Assembly: GCA_021825295.1 (NCBI GenBank)
Contig: JAKAHV010000006.1
Span: 18,026 to 82,025, forward strand
Direction: 5' to 3'
DNA from: Nitrospirota bacterium
Lineage (GTDB): Bacteria; Nitrospirota; Thermodesulfovibrionia; Thermodesulfovibrionales; JdFR-88
DNA length: 64,000 nucleotides
In this document: in pieces, positions 43,084 to 52,666 of the stretch
How positions within the stretch are numbered: the stretch's first letter is position 1
Layout: every line of letters starts with the position of its first letter
Position numbers and translations under genes: made by a program
The notes under the pieces: generated by a model
What the model saw: the letters and a program-made list of their open reading frames with translations, nothing else
Database searches by the model: none
Told to the model about the DNA's origin: nothing

Positions 43084-44112
43084 ATGAACGCAATTGTCCT
43101 TAGAGGGCCGGGCGGCCCGGAGGCGCTCCGGTACGAGCAGGTCGAGAGGCCCGTGCCGCGCCGCGGCGAGGTGCTGGTCCGGGTAAAGGCGGCTTCCGTG
43201 AACCACCTGGACATATGGATAAGGTCCGGCCTGGCAGCCTACGGCACGAAATACCCCCACGTCCCGGGCTGTGATTTTTCCGGCGAGGTCTTCGAGGTGG
43301 CCCCGGACGTGAAGGATCTCAAGCCTGGCGACAGGGTCATTGCCGACCCCGGCATCAGGTGCCTGAAATGCGATTACTGCCTGGAGGGCAACAACAATAT
43401 CTGCCGCCGGATGGGCATAATAGGGGCATCCTGCTGGGGCGGGTATGCCGAGTTTGCGAGGGTGAGCGCGGACAATCTGGTCCCTCTTTCCCCGCATGTG
43501 AGCTTCGAGGAGGGGGCGGCCTTCCCCCTTACCTTCCTGACGGCATGGCACATGCTTTCAAACAGGGCCGCCCTGAAAGCCGGGGAGACCGTTTTGATAA
43601 TAGCCGCGGGAAGCGGCATCGGGGTGGCCGCCGTGCAGATGGCAAAGCTCATGGGGGCAAGGGTGATAGCGACCGCGGGCGGGCAGGCAAAGACCTCCAG
43701 GCTTTTCGGGCTTGGCGCGGACCACGTCATCGACCATAAGAAAGAAGACATCAGGCAGCGCGTAATGGACATTACCTCCGGACAGGGGACGGATGTGGTC
43801 TTCGAGCACGTGGGGCCCGCCACTTTCGCCAGTTCCATGGCATCGCTGAAAAAGGGCGGCAGGCTCGTCACCTGTGGCGCCACGACCGGCCCGGAGGTGA
43901 CCTTCGACTTAAGGGGGCTCTTCTCCCGCCAGATAGACATAAGGGGCTCGTTCCTGGGCACAAGGCGCGAGCTTCTTACCGTCTGCGAGCTTGTGGGCCA
44001 GGGGAAGCTGAAGCCGGTAATCGATGAGATATTCCCGCTCAAAGAGGCGGCCAGGGCGCATGAGAAGATGGAAAAAAGCGCGCACTTCGGAAAGATGATA
44101 CTCGCACCATAA
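43084..44112 (+). CDS. Zn-dependent alcohol dehydrogenase / quinone oxidoreductase family protein
   Basis: It has the MDR superfamily pattern, including 'GCDFSGEV', the structural Zn site 'CLKCDYCLEGNNNIC' and 'AAGSGIGVAAVQ'. Confidence 0.8.
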   Translation: MNAIVLRGPGGPEALRYEQVERPVPRRGEVLVRVKAASVNHLDIWIRSGLAAYGTKYPHVPGCDFSGEVFEVAPDVKDLKPGDRVIADPGIRCLKCDYCLEGNNNICRRMGIIGASCWGGYAEFARVSADNLVPLSPHVSFEEGAAFPLTFLTAWHMLSNRAALKAGETVLIIAAGSGIGVAAVQMAKLMGARVIATAGGQAKTSRLFGLGADHVIDHKKEDIRQRVMDITSGQGTDVVFEHVGPATFASSMASLKKGGRLVTCGATTGPEVTFDLRGLFSRQIDIRGSFLGTRRELLTVCELVGQGKLKPVIDEIFPLKEAARAHEKMEKSAHFGKMILAP

Positions 44113-44114
44113 AG

Positions 44115-44807
44115 ATGAAAGAACCCTCCGGCACGGTCAGACCCCCGTTCGACCAGATAGATTTCGTCCTGCTCGACCTGGACGGCACCCTTCTGGACAA
44201 GTATTTCGACGATTATTTCTGGGAGCACCTGGTGCCGGAAAAATACGCCGAGGCGCACAATATAACCTTCGGGCAGGCAAAGGAGGAACTCCTGGAAAGA
44301 TACAGGCTCCACGAGGCCACCCTGAACTGGACCGACCTCGATTTCTGGTCTGCCGAGCTGGGGCTCGACATACCCGCCCTGAAGGAGCAGATAAAGCACA
44401 TGGTGGAGGTGCACCCCCACGTCCGTGAGTTCCTCGCCCTCATGAGGGGCAAGGGCAAGAAGGTCTGTCTGCTCACAAACGCCCACTACAAGGCGATTGA
44501 GATAAAGTTCAGCCAGACGAGGATAAGGGGATATTTCGACCACGTCGTGACTTCATATGAGATCGGCCATCCCAAGGAGGACATAAGGTTCTGGGAAAAG
44601 ACCGGCCCGCTTATCGGCTTCGACAAAAGCAGGGACAGGACCCTGTTCATCGACGACACGGAGGCCATCCTCAAAACGGCGAGTCAATACGGGATAAGAT
44701 ACCTCCTGCTGAAGGAAAAACCGGCCTCAAGACAGCTTGCGGGACGGGCCAAGAAAAACACCGGTCTCTTCCCCGCGGTATCGGATTTCAGGGAGCTGCT
44801 GGAATGA
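44115..44807 (+). CDS. HAD-superfamily hydrolase
   Basis: It carries 'VLLDLDGTLLD' (motif I) and 'TNA' (motif II), and ends with 'FIDD'. Confidence 0.75.
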   Translation: MKEPSGTVRPPFDQIDFVLLDLDGTLLDKYFDDYFWEHLVPEKYAEAHNITFGQAKEELLERYRLHEATLNWTDLDFWSAELGLDIPALKEQIKHMVEVHPHVREFLALMRGKGKKVCLLTNAHYKAIEIKFSQTRIRGYFDHVVTSYEIGHPKEDIRFWEKTGPLIGFDKSRDRTLFIDDTEAILKTASQYGIRYLLLKEKPASRQLAGRAKKNTGLFPAVSDFRELLE

Positions 44808-46453
44808 ACGTTGCGGAGCTTCTGGTCAGGTGCCTGGAGGCCGAAGGGACGAGATACGTCTTCGGCCTCCCAGGCGAAGAGAATATGGAGCTTCTGCACG
44901 CGATAAAAAAATCCCGCAGTCTCGAGTTCGTCCTTACAAGGGACGAACGCGGCGCCTCCTTCATGGCGGCCGCGTGGGGACGGCTTTCCGGCAGGCCCGG
45001 CGTCTGCGTCTCGACGCTGGGGCCCGGCGCGATAAACATGCTTTTGGGCGTGGCCGACGCCTTCCTGGACTTCGCCCCGCTTGTGGCCGTCACGGCCCAG
45101 AAGAACCTCTCCGAGACGTTCAAGGAGGCGCACCAGTACGTGGACATATTTTCCATGTACCGGCCCGTCACCAAGTGGGGGGCAAGCATCCGGGGCAAAA
45201 ACATACCAGAGATCGTAAGGAAGGCCTTCCGGGTCGCCCAGACGGAAAAACCGGGCCCCGCGCACCTCGAGCTGCCGGAGGACGCCGCGGGCATCGTGGC
45301 CGAAGGGGAGCCGATGGCCCCCTCCGCGATCCCGTATCCCGAGCCCCCGGAAGAGGCGATAACGGCCGCCATTTCGATGATCCGGCAGGCCGAAAACCCG
45401 ATAGCCATCGCGGGCGGCGGCGTCATAAGGGCCGGGGCGTCGGGGCAGCTCCTGAGATTCATCAGGGGATTTGGCATCCCCGCCGCCACCACCTTCATGG
45501 CGATGGGGGCTGTGCCCGCGGACGAGGAGCTTTACCTCTCCACGGTCGGCCTTCAGCAGCGAGACTACATATCATGCGGCCTGGAGCAGGCGGACCTCAT
45601 AATCGCGATCGGCTATGACCCGGTGGAGTTTTCCCCACGCTACTGGAGGCAAAAACCGCCCGCCCCCGGACAAAAGAAAAAATCCTTCATCCATATCGGC
45701 GCAACTCCGGCGGAAACGGACGTCGCGTACCAGAGCTTCGAGCTTGTCGGAGACATAAACCACACGCTGAGGAGCCTCCTCAGGAAGAAGGCGGAAATAA
45801 AGGCAAAAAAGCGCCCTTACTTCGCCCGCCTCAAGGAAAGGGAAAGGGAGTTTTTGCCAACCGAGACCGGCGGCTATCCGCTGAAGCCGCTCAGAATCAT
45901 AAGGGAGATGCGCGCCGCCCTGGGCAGAAAAGACGTCCTCATAAGCGACGTGGGTGCCCACAAGTTCTGGATAGCGCGTTTCTACCAGGCGTTGAGCCCC
46001 GGCACCGTGCTTATATCAAACGGCCTTTCCTCGATGGGGTTTGCCATCCCTTCGGCCATTTCCGCAAAACTGCTGTGCCCGGAGCGCAAGGTGATTGCCG
46101 CCGTTGGAGACGGAGGGTTCCTGATGTCCCTGCCCGACCTTGAGACCGCCCAGAGGCTTTCGCTCTCCTTTACAGTGCTCATCTGGAACGACGGAGGATA
46201 CGGACTGATAGGCTGGAAGCAGAGGCTGAAATACGGCGAGGAGTTTTTCACCAGGTTCGGGAATCCGGATTTCGGCCGGCTTGCCGAATCCTTCGGAGCA
46301 AGGAGTTTCCGGGTGGAGAAGGAGGACGATCTGGGCCCCCTGCTCAAACACGCGGTCAAATCCAGCGGGGTCTCTGTAATAGACTGCCCGGTGGACTACA
46401 ATGAAAACCTGAAGCTCACAGACAGGCTGGGGGAGATCATATGCCCGATGTAA
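44804..46453 (+). CDS. Thiamine-diphosphate-dependent enzyme, acetolactate-synthase-like
   Basis: It has the TPP N-domain 'FGLPGEENMELL' and the TPP-binding motif 'GDGGFLMSLPDLETA...NDGGYG'. Confidence 0.8.
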   Translation: MNVAELLVRCLEAEGTRYVFGLPGEENMELLHAIKKSRSLEFVLTRDERGASFMAAAWGRLSGRPGVCVSTLGPGAINMLLGVADAFLDFAPLVAVTAQKNLSETFKEAHQYVDIFSMYRPVTKWGASIRGKNIPEIVRKAFRVAQTEKPGPAHLELPEDAAGIVAEGEPMAPSAIPYPEPPEEAITAAISMIRQAENPIAIAGGGVIRAGASGQLLRFIRGFGIPAATTFMAMGAVPADEELYLSTVGLQQRDYISCGLEQADLIIAIGYDPVEFSPRYWRQKPPAPGQKKKSFIHIGATPAETDVAYQSFELVGDINHTLRSLLRKKAEIKAKKRPYFARLKEREREFLPTETGGYPLKPLRIIREMRAALGRKDVLISDVGAHKFWIARFYQALSPGTVLISNGLSSMGFAIPSAISAKLLCPERKVIAAVGDGGFLMSLPDLETAQRLSLSFTVLIWNDGGYGLIGWKQRLKYGEEFFTRFGNPDFGRLAESFGARSFRVEKEDDLGPLLKHAVKSSGVSVIDCPVDYNENLKLTDRLGEIICPM

Positions 46454-48024
46454 AGACGGAGGTCACCGATTTTCTTGTAATAGGCAGCGGGGTTGCCGGA
46501 CTGAGGGCGGCCATAGAGCTTTCGAACCACGGCAACGTCTCGGTCATCACAAAGGACGTGCCCAGCGAAAGCAGCACCGAATACGCGCAGGGCGGCATCG
46601 CGGTTGCCTTGAGCGATGAGGACGAGGTCGGCATCCATTATGAGGACACTCTGAAGGCAGGCGACGGACTGTGCAGCGAGGAGGCCGTGCGGGTGCTCGT
46701 GGAGGAAGGCCCCGAACGCATAATGGAACTCATCTCCTGGGGCGCGGAATTCGACAGGGAAGGCACCAAGCTGGCATTCGGGCTGGAGGCCGCGCACTCC
46801 AGAAAGAGGATACTGCATGCCGGCGGGGATTCGACCGGCAAGGAGCTTGAACGGGTGCTCATAAACAAGGTAAAGGCCATCCATTCCATAAGGCGGCTGC
46901 CCTTTACGCTTGCCATGGAATTGATCGTCCGGGACGGCGCCTGCCTGGGCGCCCTTACGCTCAGTGAGCGCAGAAGGGTCGCCATACTGGCGAGGGCGAC
47001 GGTCCTTGCGACAGGGGGGGCAGGCCAGGTCTATTCCATTACGACAAACCCCCAGGTGGCCACAGGCGACGGCATGGCCCTTGCGTACAGGGCGGGGGCC
47101 GCGCTTGAGGACATGGAGTTCGTCCAGTTCCATCCGACAAGCCTTTTCCTGCAGTCGGCGCCCCATTTTCTTCTCACGGAGGCGCTGCGGGGCGAAGGCG
47201 GAAGGCTGCTGAACACAAGAGACGAGCGTTTCATGGGCCGGTATCGCGACGAGATGGAGCTTGCCCCAAGGGACGCCGTCTCGCGGGCGATACTCATGGA
47301 GATTGAAAGGACCGGCTCGGACCACGTGTACCTGGACCTCAGGCACATGGGTGAGGATTTCGTGAAAAGGCGCTTCCCGCGCGTGTATTCGACCTGCCTG
47401 ACTTACGGCCTGGACATAACGCATGAGCCCATACCGGTCTGCCCCGCGGCCCATTACATGATGGGAGGGGTAAAAACCGACATCAACGGGCGCACCAACA
47501 TAAATGGGCTTTTCGCGGCCGGGGAGACCGCCTGCACCGGAGTGCACGGGGCAAACAGGCTGGCAAGCAACAGCCTCCTGGAGGGGCTCGTGTACGGCAG
47601 GCGTGCGGGACAGACGGCCGCCCGGGAGGGCGGGGAGGCAAAAACCTCCAGGCGGCAAATGGACCTTTCCCTTTCCTTTGCGCCCATGCCCCCCCATTCG
47701 ATCCCGGCCCATGACGAGATCAGGGGGGACTTGAGGCGGCTCATGTGGCTGGACGTGGGCATCATAAGAAACGAGGAGACCCTGCTTGAGGCGAAAGGAA
47801 AGATAGAGCAATGGCGGTACATTACCGAAAAATCCTTTCTCACCAGGAGAGAGCTTGAGCTTAAAAATATGATCCAGGTGGCCGGCCTCATCACGGAGGC
47901 GGCCCTGCTGAGGAAAAACAGCGTGGGGGCGCACTTCCGCTCGGATTTTCCCGGCAAGGGCGCCGGCTGGCGGCAGCATACAACCCTGATGAAAAAACGG
48001 ACGGAAACAGACATTATTTTTTGA
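46441..48024 (+). CDS. nadB: L-aspartate oxidase
   Basis: It carries the FAD motif 'DFLVIGSGVAGLRAA', 'GGIAVAL', 'HPT' and 'RLASNSLLEGLV'. Confidence 0.9.
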   Translation: MPDVKTEVTDFLVIGSGVAGLRAAIELSNHGNVSVITKDVPSESSTEYAQGGIAVALSDEDEVGIHYEDTLKAGDGLCSEEAVRVLVEEGPERIMELISWGAEFDREGTKLAFGLEAAHSRKRILHAGGDSTGKELERVLINKVKAIHSIRRLPFTLAMELIVRDGACLGALTLSERRRVAILARATVLATGGAGQVYSITTNPQVATGDGMALAYRAGAALEDMEFVQFHPTSLFLQSAPHFLLTEALRGEGGRLLNTRDERFMGRYRDEMELAPRDAVSRAILMEIERTGSDHVYLDLRHMGEDFVKRRFPRVYSTCLTYGLDITHEPIPVCPAAHYMMGGVKTDINGRTNINGLFAAGETACTGVHGANRLASNSLLEGLVYGRRAGQTAAREGGEAKTSRRQMDLSLSFAPMPPHSIPAHDEIRGDLRRLMWLDVGIIRNEETLLEAKGKIEQWRYITEKSFLTRRELELKNMIQVAGLITEAALLRKNSVGAHFRSDFPGKGAGWRQHTTLMKKRTETDIIF

Positions 48025-48122
48025 AAATACGGTCCGCCGGCGGCCCAGGCCCCGTCGCGCCGATATGTCCCGCACCTGAAGAAAACCGCCCGGATGCGGG
48101 GGAAACCGGGTAAACAACACAT

Positions 48123-48458
48123 ATGTGGCTTAAATATCTCCTGTATTTCATCTTTGGCGGGACAGTCGTCAGCGTGGTCACATATCTGGCCAGCCATTCC
48201 AGGGGGCTTCTGGCGGCTTTCTTCGCCAATATGCCGACGATCACGGCCATTACCTTTTTGACGATTTATCTCGAATCCGGCCCCGCCGCCGTGGTCCCCT
48301 ACGCCTCGGCGCTCGTCATGATGCTCTTTCCATGGCTTGTCTACGTCTCTTCGATCATATTGCTTACGCCAAGGCTGGGATTCGTCGCCTCGCTCATATT
48401 GGGCATCCTGCTTTATTTCATCATCGCCATCGGGATGGTGGCGTCCAAAAGGTTTTAA
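48123..48458 (+). CDS. Small 4-TM membrane protein (DUF3147/GlpM-like)
   Basis: A 111-aa hydrophobic protein. The family call is tentative. Confidence 0.5.
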   Translation: MWLKYLLYFIFGGTVVSVVTYLASHSRGLLAAFFANMPTITAITFLTIYLESGPAAVVPYASALVMMLFPWLVYVSSIILLTPRLGFVASLILGILLYFIIAIGMVASKRF

Positions 48459-48472
48459 AAGTCCGGAGGGCG

Positions 48473-48506
48473 AAAAAAGGGGGCGTTTTTCAAACGCCCC
48501 CCTTTT
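48473..48506. terminator. Bidirectional intrinsic terminator between convergent genes
   Basis: The structure is A6, a 10-bp stem GGGGGCGTTT / AAACGCCCCC with a 3-nt loop, then T4. Confidence 0.7.
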
Positions 48507-48537
48507 GACATTGACAAGTGGCAGATTGCTTCAGAGC

Positions 48538-48966
48538 TTACTTCTTCTTTGCCTTCTTCGCCTTCTTTGCCTTTTTCGCCTTTTTTGCCTTCACCGCGGT
48601 GTGAACCGAGATGAATTTGGCAACGTCCTTGCCGTCTTCCTTCGCGTACTTCACCCACACCTTGTCACCAGCCTTGACGTCGGCGAGGGTTATTTTCTTC
48701 TTGCCCTTCTTTACGATCGTCTTGTCGGTGGTGTTAAGTGTGACCTCGCCCTTCTTGCCCTTCACGGTTATGGTATTGGCCGTCGTGTCGATGGCGGATA
48801 CCGTGCCCAGAACGGCGTGGAACTTGACGGCCTTCTTCCTGACCACCTTTTTCTTCGTGGTCTTCTTGGCCGGAGCGTCAGCGCTGCCCGCATCCTTGGC
48901 GATGGCTACGCCCGCCAGAGAGAATGCAAACATGACTGCCATTACAAAGGTCAAAACTTTCTTCAT
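48538..48966 (-). CDS. Secreted small beta-rich protein with a poly-Lys/Ala C-terminal tail
   Basis: The start is at MKKVLTFVMAVMFAFSLAGVAIA after a GGAAGGAGG SD. The core resembles DUF5666-type periplasmic domains. The tail is AVKAKKAKKAKKAKKAKKK. Confidence 0.65.
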   Translation of the reverse strand: MKKVLTFVMAVMFAFSLAGVAIAKDAGSADAPAKKTTKKKVVRKKAVKFHAVLGTVSAIDTTANTITVKGKKGEVTLNTTDKTIVKKGKKKITLADVKAGDKVWVKYAKEDGKDVAKFISVHTAVKAKKAKKAKKAKKAKKK

Positions 48967-49031
48967 TACATTCACCTCCTTCCCTGAATGAGATTTTGCG
49001 CCTTTGGTTATCTGCAATATCGGGGGTTTTA

Positions 49032-49048
49032 TAACAAAAACCGTGCCA
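49032..49048 (-). promoter_or_regulatory. Sigma-54-type promoter candidate (CTGGCACG-N4-TTGTT)
   Basis: The minus strand reads CTGGCACGGTTTTTGTTA. The -24 element is perfect and the -12 reads TTGT instead of TTGC. It lies about 65 nt upstream of the Lys-tailed protein gene and directly downstream of the NtrC-type regulator gene. Confidence 0.4.
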
Positions 49049-49139
49049 GGATGGTCATGCCGGGGTGGCGCTGCAAAATCCGCTTATTTCAGGCTTTATA
49101 AAAGAATAGCAGAACTGGCGGAAAAGAAAAGTTCCTCTT

Positions 49140-50528
49140 TTAGGGAACCTCTTCCTTATTTGGGGAAGGATTTTGGACACTGAGCTTCTCCCATCTGTAC
49201 CAGAAGGTCTTGTAGCTCATGCCGAGGAGTTTGGCGGCCCTGGAGGCCACGCCGCCCGCCTTTGCCATGGCCTTTCTCAGGAGCTCCTGTTCAAGCTCTT
49301 CAAGGACGATGCCCTCCTCCGGTATCTCAATGTCGATGCCGGAGCCTCCCTTGCCGCTTTTAAGCTCCCCCTTGATATCGCCGGGCGTTATGGTGTCCGT
49401 GTCGCAGATGAGCACGGCCCTCTCCACTACGGCCTCAAGCTGCCTCACATTGCCCGGCCAGTGGTAGTCCGCAAAGGCCCTCAATACGGATTCGTTCACC
49501 CTTTTTATCCTCCGGCCGAACTCCTTGTTGTATTTCTCAAGGAAATACCCGACCAGGGCCGGTATGTCCTCCTTCCTCTCCCTGAGGGGGGGCAGCTCTA
49601 TGGTGACGATGCGCAGTCTGTAGTAGAGGTCCTCCCTGAACCTGCCGTTTTTGATCTCCTTCTCCAGGTCCTTGTTGGTGGCGGCGATTATCTTCACGTC
49701 CACTTTTATGGTCTCGCGCCCTCCGAGCCTCCTTAGCTCCTTCTCCTGGAGCACGCGCAGGATTTTGGACTGTATGGAAGGGGGAAGGTCCCCGATCTCA
49801 TCCAGGAAAACGGTGCCGCCGTTTGAGGCCTCAAACAACCCGGTCCTTCTGGCGCCGGCGCCGGTAAATGCGCCCGGCTCGTAGCCGAAAAGCTCGCTCT
49901 CCAGGAGCGACTCCGGTATGGAGGCGCAGTTTATCGCCGTGAAGGGTTTTGTGCTTCTGGTGCCGCTGTAATGGATAGCCCTCGCCACCAGCTCCTTGCC
50001 GGTGCCGGACTCTCCGAGGACGAGCACCGTCACAGGGCTGTCGTTGACCTTCTTTACAAGGTTTATCACGTCCTTGACCCACCTGGAGCCGCCGACGATC
50101 CCCTCGATGCCGAACTTGTTGTAAAGGACGCTCTGCAGCTCCCTGTTCTTCTTGAGTATATCCACCATGTTGACGGCCCTTTTCACCGTCAGCAGCACCA
50201 TCTCTTTTTCAAGGGGCTTGGAGATATAATCGAAGGCGCCTTTCTTCATTGCCTCCACCGCGGAGGAGACGCTGCCAAAGGCGGTCATTATGATTATTGC
50301 CGGCATTGAAAACCCGTTCTCGGATTTCAGGCGCTCCATGAGCTCTATGCCGTTTATCCGCTTCATCTTCAGGTCCGTGAGGATCACATCCGGGTTCATG
50401 GCCCTGGCCATTTCGAGGGCCTCCTCCCCCGAATCCGCGGCATGGGCCTCATAGCCCGCATCCGAGAGGATGCGCGTCAGTATGTCCCTCTGCAGCGGTT
50501 CGTCATCAACGACGAGTATCATGGCCAT
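49140..50528 (-). CDS. Sigma-54-dependent response regulator (NtrC family)
   Basis: It has a receiver domain, an AAA+ domain with 'GESGTGKE' and the 'GAFTGA' loop, and a C-terminal Fis-type HTH. Confidence 0.9.
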   Translation of the reverse strand: MAMILVVDDEPLQRDILTRILSDAGYEAHAADSGEEALEMARAMNPDVILTDLKMKRINGIELMERLKSENGFSMPAIIIMTAFGSVSSAVEAMKKGAFDYISKPLEKEMVLLTVKRAVNMVDILKKNRELQSVLYNKFGIEGIVGGSRWVKDVINLVKKVNDSPVTVLVLGESGTGKELVARAIHYSGTRSTKPFTAINCASIPESLLESELFGYEPGAFTGAGARRTGLFEASNGGTVFLDEIGDLPPSIQSKILRVLQEKELRRLGGRETIKVDVKIIAATNKDLEKEIKNGRFREDLYYRLRIVTIELPPLRERKEDIPALVGYFLEKYNKEFGRRIKRVNESVLRAFADYHWPGNVRQLEAVVERAVLICDTDTITPGDIKGELKSGKGGSGIDIEIPEEGIVLEELEQELLRKAMAKAGGVASRAAKLLGMSYKTFWYRWEKLSVQNPSPNKEEVP

Positions 50529-50552
50529 CAGCGCCCCCTGTCTCCCTTCATG

Positions 50553-52073
50553 TCAGGCCGGTTTCGCGCCGGCAGGCTCAGCGTCGCCGGAGGCGCCGGG
50601 CGGCGCACCGGCCAGGACAGGAAGCTTCAATATCACGCTCGAACCCCTGCCCGGCGCGCTCTGGAAGGATATCTCGCCGCCGTGCTCCTCCACTATGCGT
50701 TTTGTCGTTGCCAGGCCGAGGCCAAGCCCCTCGTTCTTGGTCGTAAAGAAAGGCTCGAAGACCTTCGACAGATGTTCGGCCGCCACCCCGCCCCCGGTGT
50801 CGCTTATGCCAAGGGCCACGCGTTCGTCTTCCTTCCATGTCTCCAGGGTGAGGCTGCCGCCCGAGGGCATGGCCTGGAACGCGTTCAGGACAATGTTGAA
50901 GATGCAGGTCTTCATGAAATCCGGGTCTATGAGCACATCCGGCATGTAATGGAACCTTTTTATTACCCGGACATTTTCCGATTCCGCCTTTGCCTTTATG
51001 AGCCCGGAGACCTCGTTGAAGAGGCTGGCGACGCTTACGCGCTTCATATTCAGCTTCAGCGGCTTTCCGTAGTCCAGGAAGTCCCGGACGAGCTTGTCGA
51101 GCCTGAACACCTCCCCCTTTATATTCGAGATGAGGGCATCGAACCTCCTGGCCTTCCCGCCGCCGTCTTCCTCCAGCGGCGGGGCGTAATTGTCCTTCAG
51201 GTAGTCGATGCTGAGGCTTATGAAGTTAAGGGGGTTTCTGATCTCGTGCGCCATGCTCCTTGAAAGCTGCCCCACGGCCGACAGGTGCTCAGCCTCGCGC
51301 AGCTTCTCCTCGAGCCGCCTGTTTTCCCTGAGACGCTGCACCATCAGGTTGAAGCTCCTTGTAAGCGTGCCTATCTCGTCTTTCCTGTCGGCCGGGTCTA
51401 TCTCGACAAAATCCCCCGCCGCCACCTTGCCCGCGGCAAGCGATATCTCGTTTATGGGTTTAGTGTAGCGGGAAGAGAGGAAGATAGCTATTCCGCTGCC
51501 CAGCAGGAACACCAGGAGGGCGGCCGCGGTCTTTTTCTCCATGTTCCGCCTCAGGAGAAGCGAGAAATCCTCCTCGTTTATTATCAGGTGTATGTACCCG
51601 TAATGCGTCTTGCCGGCCACGACGGGAAGGATGACATTGTATGTGCGGCCCTCGTTCTTCGAGACAGGCTCCCCAAGCTGCGCCTTGATGATGAGCTGCT
51701 TTCTCCTGGGGCTGACCGCCGCGCCCACCTTCTTGGGGTTGGTGCTGGCTATTATGAGGTTGTTGTTGCCGATTATCGATATCTCGTTGATGCCCTTGGG
51801 TTTTAAATTCTTCAGATAGGCCTCCAGCCTTCTCTCCTCCTCGGCCTTTGCATCCTGGCCGGTCTGCGACGCCGTCTTGCTCTGCGTCACCTCAACGCCT
51901 ATCTGTATTGCCTTGGACAGGTCGGCCGTGCGGTTTGTGACCTCGCTTATCAACCTCTTCTCGTCATGGAGGTAAAAAAAAACGAGCATGGAGAGGAGCA
52001 TGAAACTCAGAAAAAGCATCATCAGGACGAGTTTTTTATTGAGAGAGATGTTGAGGAAATGGTTCCTGAGCAT
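50553..52073 (-). CDS. Sensor histidine kinase (2 TM, HAMP, HisKA, HATPase)
   Basis: The start is at MLRNHFLNISL. It carries the H-box 'SMAHEIRNPLNFI' and the G-boxes 'DTGGGV' and 'GLGLGLA'. Confidence 0.85.
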   Translation of the reverse strand: MLRNHFLNISLNKKLVLMMLFLSFMLLSMLVFFYLHDEKRLISEVTNRTADLSKAIQIGVEVTQSKTASQTGQDAKAEEERRLEAYLKNLKPKGINEISIIGNNNLIIASTNPKKVGAAVSPRRKQLIIKAQLGEPVSKNEGRTYNVILPVVAGKTHYGYIHLIINEEDFSLLLRRNMEKKTAAALLVFLLGSGIAIFLSSRYTKPINEISLAAGKVAAGDFVEIDPADRKDEIGTLTRSFNLMVQRLRENRRLEEKLREAEHLSAVGQLSRSMAHEIRNPLNFISLSIDYLKDNYAPPLEEDGGGKARRFDALISNIKGEVFRLDKLVRDFLDYGKPLKLNMKRVSVASLFNEVSGLIKAKAESENVRVIKRFHYMPDVLIDPDFMKTCIFNIVLNAFQAMPSGGSLTLETWKEDERVALGISDTGGGVAAEHLSKVFEPFFTTKNEGLGLGLATTKRIVEEHGGEISFQSAPGRGSSVILKLPVLAGAPPGASGDAEPAGAKPA

Positions 52074-52155
52074 TTTGAAATGATAACATAATCCCCCGCA
52101 CCCGGCGTGAAGAGCGGGGTTTGGCGGGGGCCTCAAAACAAGGTGAAAAAACGGC

Positions 52156-52371
52156 CTATTTTACCTTGGCGTCCGCTTCTTTTTTCTCCTCCTGCCCGGC
52201 CTTGCTGTCGATGGTCTTGACCTCATCGGTGCCGGCAAGGGCCTTCTTGAACTCGCGGATTCCCCTGCCAAGCCCCTCGCCAAGCTGCGGCAGCTTGCCC
52301 GGTCCGAATATCAAAAGCGCAATCAGGATCACCAGAAGCAGATGTATCGGCTGAAACAACCCTTCAAACAT
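52156..52371 (-). CDS. tatA: Twin-arginine translocase subunit TatA/E
   Basis: It matches the TatA signature: 'LLLVILIALLIFGPGKLPQLGEGLGRGIREFKKA'. Confidence 0.85.
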   Translation of the reverse strand: MFEGLFQPIHLLLVILIALLIFGPGKLPQLGEGLGRGIREFKKALAGTDEVKTIDSKAGQEEKKEADAKVK

Positions 52372-52666
52372 GTGTTTTGTGCCACCTCCTTAACGCCTTA
52401 TTTTACAATAAAATGGCAAAATATGATAAATAAGTGGCGGGCGGCATCGGGGGGGCGGAGTATTCCGGTTCTTACGGCGCGCCCGTCTCGCGTGTATTGA
52501 CTTTTAACCCGGATTATAATAGTTTTTTTTTATAAAGCTCTCACCTCCAAGAAAATTCTTTAAAAAATTGAAGATTCCCGGGGCGCGGGGAAACCTGATG
52601 TAAGGAAGGACAAATTTATTGGCCGCGGGGAGACACACTGGCCGTTTAACGTAGGGAGGGTATCTC

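Noticed and set aside
48538-48600. The reiterated GCCTTCTT/GCCTTTTT DNA encoding the (KKA)n tail as a phase-variable simple-sequence repeat.
   Set aside because: The repeat units are imperfect at the nucleotide level and in frame. This is more consistent with a selected low-complexity tail than with a slippage-prone contingency tract.
52372-52666. A promoter TTGACT...TATAAT in the tatA/PilZ intergenic region.
   Set aside because: The spacer between the two hexamers is only 12 nt, which is incompatible with a sigma-70 promoter.
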